Positions 1 to 11,426 of a DNA stretch of 64,000 nucleotides are shown here, in pieces. The DNA is from Eukaryota sp. TZLM1-RC (taxonomy: Eukaryota > Protista > Metamonada: BaSk clade). The notes under the pieces were generated by a model. The model was not told where the DNA came from and did not search any database. It saw only the letters and a list, made by a program, of their open reading frames with translations. Made by a program: the position numbers and the translations under genes. The stretch lies in the NCBI GenBank assembly GCA_040285825.1, contig JAUPSS010000004.1, forward strand, positions 496,001 through 560,000. Reading direction: 5' to 3'. How positions within the stretch are numbered: the stretch's first letter is position 1; each line of letters starts with the position of its first letter.

Positions 1-2
1 TT

Positions 3-662
3 AACGAATTCTTAAGATTTGGAATCTTGAATCCCAGCCAACGAAGTTCAATTCCTCTCTCTAGGTATAGCCTCCAATTCTACGACGAAATCTACGAAGA
101 AGTCTTGTATTCTCCTTTCCTCAGCTCCCGATCCTGGTGCGACGCCGATATAGAACATGAACTAGAAATGCAAGATTTGATAGGAGATGAAAACGCCGGA
201 TCATCCATCCCCTGTTATATCCCTCCTCCTATTTTTGGTGCCGCCGTTAACTCTCACCGACTGCTACAGCTTCATAACTTTTCCTCCGAGTTCATTCCCG
301 ACTATCTAATGTACCCTTTATTTGTTTACATCTATCATTATTGTGATGATGGTAATGCGTGCCCCCATCCCGTGGTGACTTACCAATATTCTTACAAAGA
401 AGTGGAAAATAGTTCTATTCCAAAACAACTACTTACTCCCGTCCCTCGAAATTTTTACCTTTCTTCGAAACTCAACTCATGCAATACCTGCCCACACGTA
501 GATAGTATTCTCAGATCCTTGCTAGACGAACTCTCGTTAGCTAATTACATACGAACAACCAAGCCTTTAGACACCATACCCTATAACTTTAAGATCGCTT
601 TCTATGATAAAGAACTCCAAGCCGTAGTCCTCTTCCAGACAGCTCCCCGACGGAACTTATAG
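3..662 (+). CDS. Pol segment upstream of the integrase, unrecognised domain; probably joined to 670..2277 across a 1-nt frameshift at CCCC 645-648
   Basis: Frame is open from the window start. Removing one C gives the continuous read ...FQTAPDGTYSKEMHSL... Confidence 0.55.
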   Translation, partial: NEFLRFGILNPSQRSSIPLSRYSLQFYDEIYEEVLYSPFLSSRSWCDADIEHELEMQDLIGDENAGSSIPCYIPPPIFGAAVNSHRLLQLHNFSSEFIPDYLMYPLFVYIYHYCDDGNACPHPVVTYQYSYKEVENSSIPKQLLTPVPRNFYLSSKLNSCNTCPHVDSILRSLLDELSLANYIRTTKPLDTIPYNFKIAFYDKELQAVVLFQTAPRRNL

Positions 663-669
663 TAAAGAA

Positions 670-2277
670 ATGCACTCCCTCATTCCATTCCCAGACCCTG
701 ACCAGTCCATTGAACCAGTTTGCTCTATTGTCAATGTGACCACGAGATCTCAAGTTCCCCAAGAAGAAACTGAAGAAGACACTCAAGAAGTTGACCCTGA
801 ACCCAACACGCCTGAAACAACTTCATCAGACTTCATCGACCAGAACTCTGCCCACTCTCCAGCCGAAGCCTTCTTAAGAAAGATATTTAATGAACAAAAG
901 AAGTTGTTAGATGATGACGAACTTTTCTCCAACTGTGTAATTGACGAAAAGACTGGCTTAAAACTAACTCCAGATAAGAAGATAATCATTCCCCCTTTGA
1001 TGATCCCTGAAATACTAAACCACGTTCACGGCTCTACTGAAGCAGGACACCCAGCCTTGATGAACGCATGGAAGTCGTTAAGAAATTCTGACTTTTTCTG
1101 GCCTTTCATCAAACGAGACTTAGAACAACATGTCCGTCAATGTATTCCATGTCAAAAGAATTCAACTGTACCCAAAACCCAAATCTCCTCTTCCGGCTCA
1201 CTGACTCAATCCCGTAGACCCTTCGAGTATCTCCATTGTGATACGATAGGTCCTATCTCTACTGACTCTCGCAAGAACAAATATGTTCTACATTTCGTAG
1301 ATGCTTTTTCTAAATTCAGTATCTTATGTCCTGTACCAGACATCAAATCCATCACTGTAGCTGATGCCATCCTCTCTAACGTATACGCAACCTTCGGTGC
1401 TCCCAGAGCAATTCATTCTGATAACGGAACTGAATTTTGCAATGCCGTTTTTGACTCTCTTTGTAAGTTGCTCAATATCACCCACTCTACGTCCATTCCG
1501 CATTTTCACCAGTCGAATGGTTTAGTTGAACGCCAACATCGTATCATCCTACAGAACCTCAGGAAGGTACTTTTAGACTTTGTCGATTATGACAATTGGT
1601 CAGACTACCTTCCATTTTGCCAGATAATCGCCAACAGTACTTTCAGAAAATCCCTTAATGCCTCTCCCTACGAACTCATCTTTGGCTCTGATACCTCTCC
1701 CCGACTGCTTCCTGTCGAAGTAACGAAATCGTTAGAGTTAAGACCCGATCAGCCTGATGTCCCAAACTATATGTCTTCCCTGTCCAAACTTTCCCTAACT
1801 ATCAAGGAAAAGTGGAATTCTGTCGCAAACAACACTCCTCCCTCTGACATTTTACCTGAACCTAAGTTCAAGCCTCAACCTGGCTCTCGAGTCTTTGTCC
1901 TCCGAGAACACCCTAACAAGCTCCATGGTCATTTCGCTGGACCTTATATTGTTAAAAAGATAATTTCCCGTAGTTCCCTCATGGTAGAAAACCCAATAAC
2001 TCATTCTCAGCTAAAAACGTCCATACGCTTAGTCAAACCCTGCCTATCCTCTCTCCCTGAAGAAATCCTGAACGCGTATGTTGCCGCTGACGCCGGAGAG
2101 CTCCTCATTGACGCCATCTTAGATATTTCAGATGACCAAGCTACCATTTTGTGGTCCGATGGCACCCAATCGTCCCAACCTGTAGATACCGTTAAGAATA
2201 CTGTAGCTTTCCAACGGTACTCAAAGATGATGAATCTTGACAAACCCAGAAGAAGAAGAAAGAGAAAGAAGAGGTAG
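670..2277 (+). CDS. Gypsy integrase (HHCC zinc domain, DDE core, GPY motif, degenerate chromo-like C-terminus)
   Basis: HVHG...GHP...CIPC; HCDTIGP, FVDAFSK, HSDNGTEF, NGLVERQH; FAGPYIV. Confidence 0.93.
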   Translation: MHSLIPFPDPDQSIEPVCSIVNVTTRSQVPQEETEEDTQEVDPEPNTPETTSSDFIDQNSAHSPAEAFLRKIFNEQKKLLDDDELFSNCVIDEKTGLKLTPDKKIIIPPLMIPEILNHVHGSTEAGHPALMNAWKSLRNSDFFWPFIKRDLEQHVRQCIPCQKNSTVPKTQISSSGSLTQSRRPFEYLHCDTIGPISTDSRKNKYVLHFVDAFSKFSILCPVPDIKSITVADAILSNVYATFGAPRAIHSDNGTEFCNAVFDSLCKLLNITHSTSIPHFHQSNGLVERQHRIILQNLRKVLLDFVDYDNWSDYLPFCQIIANSTFRKSLNASPYELIFGSDTSPRLLPVEVTKSLELRPDQPDVPNYMSSLSKLSLTIKEKWNSVANNTPPSDILPEPKFKPQPGSRVFVLREHPNKLHGHFAGPYIVKKIISRSSLMVENPITHSQLKTSIRLVKPCLSSLPEEILNAYVAADAGELLIDAILDISDDQATILWSDGTQSSQPVDTVKNTVAFQRYSKMMNLDKPRRRRKRKKR

Positions 2278-2449
2278 TGTTGGCTCCTCGCCATAGTTAG
2301 TTGTATGTCTTTTACAGTAATCACGTGATGCCACGTCATCACGTATTTATCTAGATTGTTGTTTTATTTCATTTGATTATTCCCACCTTTGTAATAAACA
2401 CCCCGTTTTCCTGTTTATTACCTCGATGCATCTCCATACTAACCCAACA
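2278..2449 (+). repeat. 3' LTR (172 bp)
   Basis: Starts directly after the PPT, has 6-bp terminal inverted repeats TGTTGG/CCAACA and an AATAAA near 2393. Confidence 0.8.
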
Positions 2450-4690
2450 CAATCTTCCCTCAAAAAACAAAACGTTCAAAATTCCCAACTTTCAGACTAT
2501 CTGTAGGAGCACATAGTAAACAAATGTTATATTAAAGTTAGGACTCCATTGTATAATCCATATTGTAAACAATATTTCTACTCTCTGGGGAGCACACTCA
2601 CATTATATGAGTTACGCATGTTTTAGGATTCAAGAGGTTAATGAATGAACAGAGCTCTTCAATTGGTATTTATAACATTATGTTGCCGGAAGGCATTTAT
2701 GTATAACCAGCTGAAAAGTATAACTGTATAAGAGGTTAGGAAAACGATCATTTTTATTAATACTATTAAATAAGAGTACTCATTAGTGAGTTAACTATAC
2801 TTTTTTCTCCCTTTTCTCAATTAGAATGATATACGAATGTCCTTCCACTTTCTTTGCGGATAACGCTTTTGACAAGACACAAACATTGCCTAAGCTGAGC
2901 TGCTAGTATTCAACCTTCAATGGTATTCTTTCTCAAAAGTAATATTTGACGTTTTCTTAGTTTGGTTATAGGACAGTCATTAATGCACACTACTTTATTC
3001 ATAAGGTTCAACACTCCACAGTGTGCATGTTCTCCAAACATCTATATCGTTGCAAAACCCTTCAACAACTGAATTAAATATTGTAATTACTATAAAATGC
3101 ATCCACATCCACAACTTAAAACTTCTTCAAATAATCACAACCCATATCAAACTGAAGTATTTCATCATTGATTATTGACACTACTATTATTACTGCAACA
3201 ACAATAACAGGTGAAATTAATATGGCATCAGTTTTCTTTCTTTTGTTTTTGTTCTGCTACGTCAGTCATTGCTCCTTTTTTCTTGAAACAATAAATTGTT
3301 TTGATTTATCAAATCTTCAAAAACTTTGGGTCTTTCTACAGATCTTGTTATATTCTTCTTATCCACAATTTTGTTGTTGAGCTCAGAAAACTCCTTTTCC
3401 AAAGTCTCATTTCCCTTTTCTTCTTCCAGACACTAAGCAACCTCAGGAAAACTGTTAGTTTCTTCCTTGTTTGTACCAGTTTCTCAGCATATTTTCCATT
3501 TATAACCCAATAGAATAATGGCCCTCTGCTATATCGGGTCATCTTCAACTGGCGTAAGTTCATGAAAAGATGTATATTTACCACGTGTTTTAGGTACATC
3601 TGCATTTTTGACTCTCAAAACACAAAATGCCTTGACCCATAACGAAAACGCCAGCTAGCATAGTACGTTACGTTTCGATAAGATCCATGTATTTTTCAGT
3701 ACCAACACATTGTATTATATTATTATTCATGAATTATTGTTTTTCAGTTGAAAAAGTCACAGAATGTTTCAATGATCGAATATTGGAAACACCATTTCTG
3801 ATAACAGCAGCAAGCAGTAGTCCATTTTCTAAGTAACTTTCTTGTGACGAATTGTCAAGACAAATTGATGATAGATTGGTGATAAATTGATCTCTAATGT
3901 AAATTCTGTTAAATATAATTTTTTCATACATTGATTGCTTGAATTTCATGTCGTGTAGCTTTTCAGGAAATTGCCTTTGGTTAAAAGATTGTTTTGTGAT
4001 GGTGACTCACCAATTTGAATTTGATGATATTGACTATTTGGCAACATTTTTAGTGATTTAACCTTGTACTGGTTTTCAACAAATTCCGCTTTTCAAGAGG
4101 CATGAAAATTTTACCATGAATAATTAAAAATAGGATTAAAAATAGGTCTGGTGTCAATAGATGCAGATAATCGTGAACACCGAAATTCATCAAAAGCTGC
4201 CAAGATTCAGTAAAGGTACTCATCAGTAAGGTACCTACACAATAACTAAGCAGCAGTTGCTCACAAACAAAATCATCAGAACTAGCAAATCTGGATATGT
4301 AGAGATTTTCTCTTGGTTTCTCAACGCTATGAATTACATTTTCAATACAATCTACGGAAGAACACCATTTCTATAAAAATTGACACAGAAAATACACAAT
4401 GTTTTTTATAACAGTTTTTAGTTCAGTTTAACTCTGATATTTTCCTATTGCTAGTTATTGCAATAACAAATTTGATGTTTTCCAAGACGAATTCAGTGCT
4501 ATTGTCAAAGTCAAATTGTATTTGGTGATAATGTTGTTGCCCTATTAATAAAAGTGTCTAATCAAATAAAGAACTTCATGGAAAATGGTAAAACAATCAT
4601 GACAATCAATAAAAAAAGTATAAATCAATTGTATTCAAGTTCACTACTCCCATTTATGTTTTAACTAAAAACCCTATTTACACCAAAAGC

Positions 4691-5956
4691 TCAACTCCTA
4701 AATCTGTTATACTCACTCTCAATATTAGACCCTCTGGGTAAAGAATAGCCACTCTTGGATGCTAATTTCACTAAATCTGGCCTAGAACTTGCGTCTACGC
4801 CAAGAACAGCAAGCTCGCCAACCAATGAATCAACAAAGGTTACGAGATCAGTTACCTGCTGCCTTGATTGAGTCAAAGTGCTTTGAATTCTGCGCATTTC
4901 CTAAAGTTAGCCTTACCAATAACCATTACAAACCTGTACAACAGCTCCATTACAAACTCCACATGAATGTTTTGCTTCACCACTATTCTTTGGTGAGGGA
5001 CGGGAAGATTCCCCAGATTGGGAAGGAGAAGTGGTTAGTCGAAGACTGCTGGTAGATTTTCTTCTTCGTGAACTACCTGATGCCAACCATTCAGATACGA
5101 CTGTTTTCGGCTTCTCTCCCTCTTTAGCTAGCTTTACAAAATCTGGTAACTCAACCTTCTCTCCTATTGCCTCATGCTTGGTAAATGCGACAGTTCCACT
5201 ATTCTCATCGCTCTCATCACTGCTACTGTCATCATCACCGTTTTGTGCAGACACTGATGCAAAATCAGACACACGTCCAGTCGTAGTCGTCGTGGTGGTC
5301 AACCCTTCGCTTCCCTCTGACTCCTCCCCTTTTGAAATCAAATCTATAGTGTTTGGCACCTCTTCGGGTGGTTCTAATGATATTGTATTGTTTCCTTGCT
5401 CTACCAGCACATTCCCCCCACTAGGTAGCATATTTTTCATTAATGTTTCCCCCTCACTCTTATCAATTAACTTACCATCAACATATAATTCTTGATCTTC
5501 GATTGCAATGTGGGTGACGAGATTAACGTGCGATCGCAGCTGTTGAATAGTTAATTTATAGTATTGTGTCTTGCTGAAATAAAGTGTGTGTTTTCTCCCA
5601 GATGTTTTATTTGTAATTATAATCGTGATCCGATCTAGAGGATCTGACGGCCGATCGATCGGGGGAGGGGTTGGTTCGACTGGTTTTTTCAAACGATGAA
5701 GTTGTTCAAAGTGGGCAATCCATTGGAGTCTATCAGAGGCTGAATCACAGTAGACAGTGACATCACCTAGAGAAAAGGGAAAGCGATTCGGCACGGAGGT
5801 GGTTTTAGTTAGAAGTTTGTATTGAGATGATGGAATGTGAATGCTCTTTCGAAGACCATTGGAGTATTCAATAACAAGGTGCTCACCGACAAGAGTTAGA
5901 GAGGCTGGGAGGTTTTTGTGGGATTTGGTTGAGACATGGGCTGGAGAAGAGGACAT
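4691..5956 (-). CDS. Protein with a PH-like N-terminus, ubiquitin-like domain and C-terminal coiled coil; 33-nt intron at 4901-4933
   Basis: PH-type last helix CDSASDRLQWIAHF; Ubl-like TIQQLRSHV...EDQELYVDGKLI. Intron GTTTGT...GCTAACTTTAG joins the two in-frame ORFs. Confidence 0.6.
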
Positions 5957-6289
5957 CAGTTGATGGTATTGGTAAGTTGGCTAGGTTAACGAATGTGTTG
6001 AATGCGAAGGGATTCAAGCAGAAACTTTTTCAAAAACTTTTGAGATTTTGATGTTGCCAATTATTTCACGATACTAACCTAAGTTGAGTCTACCTCCAAA
6101 TGAATCATGATGTGACCATTTTGTATTGGAGATATGTTTCAGTCTCATTGCATTCATTTTGTGTGTTTTGCTAGAATTTTATCGTAAACTATATTAAGAA
6201 TTTTTTTGAATTCTTTTAAATAGAATTTCACACGAGAAAGACTTCCACAGAAGAAATTCTGTTTCTGTTCATAATTGTCAATTATTCAC

Positions 6290-6415
6290 TCTATCCGCTG
6301 TAACCTGTACTGTAACTGCGGTAGAGCTCGGGTTTTATATAACTTTGGATAACTTGAGTCAATTTACTAGTCCCAAATGAAGTATCTCTTGTTGTCGGTA
6401 GCTCTATTATTTTGT
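6290..6415 (+). pseudogene. 5' fragment (promoter plus signal peptide) of the Cys-repeat secreted family
   Basis: ATGAAGTATCTCTTGTTG at 6377 matches the start of the 7010 gene, and upstream CTGTAA repeats are shared. Confidence 0.55.
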
Positions 6416-6716
6416 ATTTTAATAGAAATAAAACAGCCCATTAGCCCTTACTCATAATTTAGTTGAACACATTGTCGACGAGATGGACGGTACGGGGCGT
6501 TGTTGAATATTGAATTCTGTTGAGGATACTCAATTTAGTCATTGTCTAGTACGGAGAAACTGTACAAACTGCTGAAATCGAAATATGTTTTTTGAAATGT
6601 GAAGTAGATGAATTATTGCTATTAACTGGTTCCTGCAGAGTAATGCTCTGTACAAAAAGAATGGAAGAAACCAATTACCCAAACAACATTTATTACCTAA
6701 AACCAGTTGCTGTACA

Positions 6717-7010
6717 TCAGAGGTCGTTCATTTCGGGCATATGTGGTCCACAAGGAACGTCAAAGGCCTGACAAACGGGAGGATTCAACCAGAACTTGCA
6801 GTAGGAAGCAGGGTCAAGACTTTGACAAAAATCGTCCCCACCGCAGGGAACATCTAAATGTTGGCAAACGGGAACGTGTAACCAGTGCTTACAGTAGGAT
6901 CCGGGTTGAAGGTTCTCACAGAATTCATCACCATTAAACATGTCAGTATCATTGTGTCCAGCGGCAAGCGCCAAGGCCAATATAGCTACAAACAACAAGA
7001 GATACTTCAT
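6717..7010 (-). CDS. Secreted peptide with two 4-Cys repeats
   Basis: Signal peptide; repeat GD(E/D)FCxxLxPxSYCKxWLxxPVCQxxDVPCG twice; paralogues elsewhere in the window. Confidence 0.85.
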   Translation of the reverse strand: MKYLLLFVAILALALAAGHNDTDMFNGDEFCENLQPGSYCKHWLHVPVCQHLDVPCGGDDFCQSLDPASYCKFWLNPPVCQAFDVPCGPHMPEMNDL

Positions 7011-7466
7011 CAGGGAAGAGTTAAATGATTCATGTTATCCATTGGTTCCTTTAAACTAGACCTCTACAGTAACTACAGTAACAGTACATAATTGAATATT
7101 TGAGTTGGAAAGTTCCAAAAATGCTACAGATTCACTGTAGTAAAAAGCTATAACTTAAGACAAATATGGAGGCCTATCACCAACACTATCCTCTACAGAA
7201 TAATCGACAATTGCCTTTATGTTGATACATGCTAACTTGTGACGATTCCATATCTTATCCTTTACATCATACTGTTCTCTATGCTCTCTTTTCTACTCTT
7301 TTTGACCTGGAAAAGACTAAGAAAAAGAATGACAACGTCCGTACCCAGTTGACTGCTGATATTGTGACATTGAAATTCTTGGTTTAATCATTTCTTTTTT
7401 TGGGCATATGATATGAACCTCTTTTTATCAACTAGCATGATTTATTGTTCTAACTCACAATCTCTA

Positions 7467-7853
7467 CTAAATCTCATCATGAACCTCAACAGGAGGCTGC
7501 ATTTCTGGCATATGAGGACCACAGGGAACATCTAGACCTTGACAAACTGGGATATCTAACCAAAACTTGCAATAGGAACCAGGTTCTAGGCTTTGACAGA
7601 ATTCTTCACCACCGCAAGGAACATCTAAATGTTGGCAAACGGGAACATGCTATGATAAGGTTTCCAATAGATGGGGCTCTTAACATACCAACCAGTGTTT
7701 GCAATATGAACCTTCCTGCAGCATGTGACAGTACTCGTCACCATCAAATACTGGTTCATCAGTGGGGGGTTCAGTGTGCATGTCAGTAGTAGGATCAACT
7801 CCTTCTGCTAGAGCTAAGGCTGCTATTGTCAGAACTAATAGGAAAAGCTTCAT
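7467..7853 (-). CDS. Secreted peptide with two 4-Cys repeats; 39-nt intron at 7650-7688
   Basis: Removing GTATGT...CATAG restores SYCKHWL|HVPVCQ as in the intronless paralogue; ends ...PEMQPPVEVHDEI*. Confidence 0.85.
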
Positions 7854-7993
7854 GGAAAACAGTAAAGATGAGTGGTACAATGTTCCAGCAGCTGAAATAC
7901 CTTACTGTAAAGGGTCTACAGTCCATTTAAACATGGGTAATCTCAAGTTTTCGGTCAAATTTTCAGTCAGATCTGTGGGACACCCGAAGAATC

Positions 7994-8729
7994 ATGAAGT
8001 TGCTTCTATGGTTTGTCATGTCACTCCTCATTTGATAACAGCCTTGTATTTGCCATTGTTGCGTTGGCCAATGACGTCAAATCTGGTCATGGAAGACCAA
8101 TGAAAGGTGATGAACTTTGCCAGTTTTTTAGAGAAGATTCCTACTGCAAAGTCTGGCAAGATCCCCCTGTTTGCCAACACCTCGATATCCCTTGTGATGG
8201 ACAACCCATTTGCCCCCGCTACACATGGTCTGACCGTCGTTTTGATGTTCTCGAAGGCCACGGTGCTTGGACTGGTCATAGATTTGAATTTGATGCGAAA
8301 GGTGAGTTGATACGTAGGTGGTTCCTCACTGCTCAACTTTATGCTGACGGTAAAGGTAATTTCCACGGAACAATTTGGGAACAGAACTTTTGGCACCAAG
8401 TCACTGGTACCATTGACGAACATGATAACGTACACATGCACAGAAGAGGATTTGGCATTGAACGTCATTGGAAGGGAATCATCAGAATAGATCCACAAAA
8501 TACTGAATTGCTTGAAATGAAATTGGACCTTGTAGAGTCCAAACCTCCTGTTCACAGTGACCAAAAGATTGTTATTAAACTTCCCGATTGGTGTCTCAAA
8601 TGGACTCCTCAGCACTTCTGTCCTCCCTGCAGTTACTGTAAGTTCTGGCAAGATCCCATGGTTTGCCACGGTACCGATGAACCTTGTTTTGAAAAGCCCA
8701 CCAAACCAATGACCGAACATGAATTGTAG
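7994..8729 (+). CDS. Secreted protein: Cys repeat, central beta-rich domain, Cys repeat; 31-nt intron at 8011-8041
   Basis: Splicing GTTTGT...TAACAG gives signal peptide MKLLLCLVFAIVALA; SYCKVWQDPPVCQ and SYCKFWQDPMVCH repeats. Confidence 0.8.
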
Positions 8730-10523
8730 CGGTTTTTGCGATCTGAAATAAATGAGATTGTTTCAATATTGACATTATGAGCTTGTTAATCCCACATATT
8801 ACAAAATATATCTAACATCACTTATTCACAGATTGCGCTCCAGAATTGTTTCTATACTTTGCTTTTGTTTCGTCGAAACTGTTTTTCACATTTTAAATGA
8901 TTTGAGTTTCGTCGATTTAAGCCAGAAAATGAAAGATAAAAGCCTCATGGTGCAACAGCTTATTTAGCATCAATAACACCATTTGAAAAAATTCTTGTTG
9001 TTGTGACTACTTTTCACAGTGTCTATTGTCGGTTTGTGAAATCACATTGGTGGGCTTCATCAATTATGAACTTTTTCAAGTATCTGACATGAAAGGTAAA
9101 ATTTGATGCAACAAACACAATTTGATTTTTAAATTGTGAAAATACTACAATCCACTCCAGTTAAAAGAAATGTTTTGCAACTTGAATTTGAAAATGCTTA
9201 AATTATGGATCAACATTACAAAACATACTTGTTGATCACGTGTTATTGTGATCACATCTAATCACATTATTTAAATATTATATAATTATAAACGGTTGTT
9301 TACCTGCTATTTTTTAATTTTTAAGTTTAACTTTAGCTGCCGATTTTTTAATTTCAACTCTGCATTGAACAACAGCATGACCATCTTTGACCAACTGTTC
9401 CATGTGGTGAGTAAAGTGAGTGTTTAGTCATGTCGTTATAAGTAACACGTGAAGCAATTATAAAAGGTCCAAACCAAGAAGAAGACGAGGAAGGCGAGAA
9501 AGATGATTCAGAAAACGTGATTGAGGTAGATAATGATATAGACGAACACATCTAAATTCAACTAGCAACAAGAAGGGTCGCAGGTACGAAGCATCTATGA
9601 GATGCTCTTGATCCGTAGCCCTTCATTTCTATAAGTTGATGAGTTTGATTATTTTATCACCAATGTGTGTTTGTTTTTGTGACAATTAGCTCTGAGTCAG
9701 AACGGTTAAACTTATGATTAAGTTTTATAATTATAAATAATGAATTTATATAACTATAAAGTCGAGGTTTTTATAATTGTTTCCAGTGTTTTCAAGTCGG
9801 CTTTGTGTTCAACTCAAATTTCGACCCCAGTGTTGTCATCACATTTTGCATTAATGAGTTTCTAATAATAGTAATAAATCAACAACTAAAAGCACAATAT
9901 TTATTATAGACAAACAAGCAAAACCCAACAAAGGCTGAACAAACCTGTCACAACAAAGAAGAAGAAGAAGACCATGACAAACAAATGATCAGCTAAACTT
10001 ATAACCCTTGGCTTGATAAAACTGTTTTGCTTCCTGCAGATCCTTTTGTAATGCATCAGCCTCCTCTGGAACATTCTTACATCGGGCTGCACCGATCAGG
10101 ACGGAAAGCAGTGCATAAAGACCAAAGAGGAAAACTGCCAAGACGGGAGACTGGGATCAATACAATCATGAAGTTTCATACTAGCTTAATTAAAAGAGCA
10201 GCTGTGGGAGAAACAGAAAACTGATGGAGTGCAAAAATCGATGATACCCAGAGGGCAACTAGAACAGAGATTTTGAATACCCACCGTGTGAGAGCCGTCA
10301 TTGGTGTATTGAGAATGAAAGTTGATATAGGGTAAGTTAATAGGACAGATTTTGAAGTTCCGGATTCATCAATTTGAATTAGTATACAAAAACAGGTGCT
10401 CTCTTTTCTAAAAACAAAATGATCAGAACAAATTCGAATAAAAGAGGTTTAGTCGTTATAGTTTCGTGACCTATAAGATTTAAAGAAAATCATGCGGGGA
10501 CGTTGTTTGTAAGTAATAAATTG

Positions 10524-11191
10524 TAGGACTGTCCAGGTTCAGGTTCAGAGAATTTCCGGTTCAGTTCAGTTCAGGTTCAAGAATGATAGGTTCAGGTTCC
10601 GAACTAGTTTGAACTGGTTCTGAACCAGTTCATCCAATGTCTCAGATTGTTTTTCTACTACTGTTTATAACTTGTATTCAGTTATTGCAATGACATAAAA
10701 TTAATGAATACAACCAGTTATTAATAAATATATGCATAATTTTTATTTAATTTGATTTTCGAAACTGTCAAATTAAAGTTTATTTTTTGCATTTGACTTC
10801 TTTCGTTTCATTTCTATGGACGAACACACAAGATCTTCTCCTTTCACTTCACCCAACAGATCCTGGGTTCTGGAATATATTAACCGTCTCCCAATGGTCT
10901 TGTCCGTTGTGACGTTTCTACCTGTGAACGAAATGCCGACCCCTATGGTAAGAACACCGGAAATGGAACCTTAATGCGTCTTCTCCGTAGAAATCATAAC
11001 TCTCTTTGTATTGTTTTCAAAATAAAAATTTTTTTTAAAAAAAGACTATTCTTTTATTATACCGGTTCGAAACTGGTTCAGTTCAGGTTCAGTCTTATTA
11101 GGTTTAGTACAGTTCAGTTCAGTTCATAGGGACAGTGGTTCAGTTTAGGTTCCAAATTTTTTCTGAACTGAACTGAACTTGGACAGTCCTA
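10524..11191 (+). mobile_element. Non-autonomous hAT element (deletion derivative)
   Basis: TIRs TAGGACTGTCCA/TGGACAGTCCTA, subterminal GTTCAG arrays, degenerate 8-bp TSD ATAAATTG/CAAAATTG, frameshifted BED finger (SWV...CDVSTC...TLMRLLRRNH). Confidence 0.85.
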
Positions 11192-11426
11192 CAAAATTGC
11201 CGTCTTGAGTTCTGTCAATTCACCATTTCTCTTTTTAAAGTTGTTTATCATCATCGGCAATTCTGCTTGTTAACCGCTGTCACACAAGAAGACATTTATA
11301 TATTTACATTGATCTACTATATGATGGAACATTGTTTCAAACTAATAATGTTACCAAATACAATCATTCTTGGCTGATTTTGGTGATCAACCATTTATTT
11401 ACAGATTAACTTCAAAGGCTATAGAG

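Larger units (their letters stand above)
1..2449 (+). mobile_element. Ty3/Gypsy LTR retrotransposon, 3' part (runs off the window start)
   Basis: Integrase ORF followed by a polypurine tract (about 2248-2277) and an LTR TGTTGG...CCAACA at 2278-2449. Confidence 0.9.

Noticed and set aside
595-635. FYDKELQAVV as the RNase H KELxA motif
   Set aside because: The flanking DAS and TDH motifs are absent
3230-3620. Coding-like stretch on the minus strand
   Set aside because: Interrupted by stops in every frame; cannot be assigned
5031-5495. Antisense ORFs (also 8028-8720, the 41152-43515 plus-strand set and 62984-63262)
   Set aside because: Shadows of real genes on the opposite strand, with no motifs
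9900-10490. Possible membrane-protein gene on the minus strand
   Set aside because: Several stops and frameshifts and no recognisable family
10524-11191. GTTCAG arrays as a CRISPR-like array or telomeric repeat
   Set aside because: Irregular 5-6-mers with no spacers, confined inside hAT TIRs
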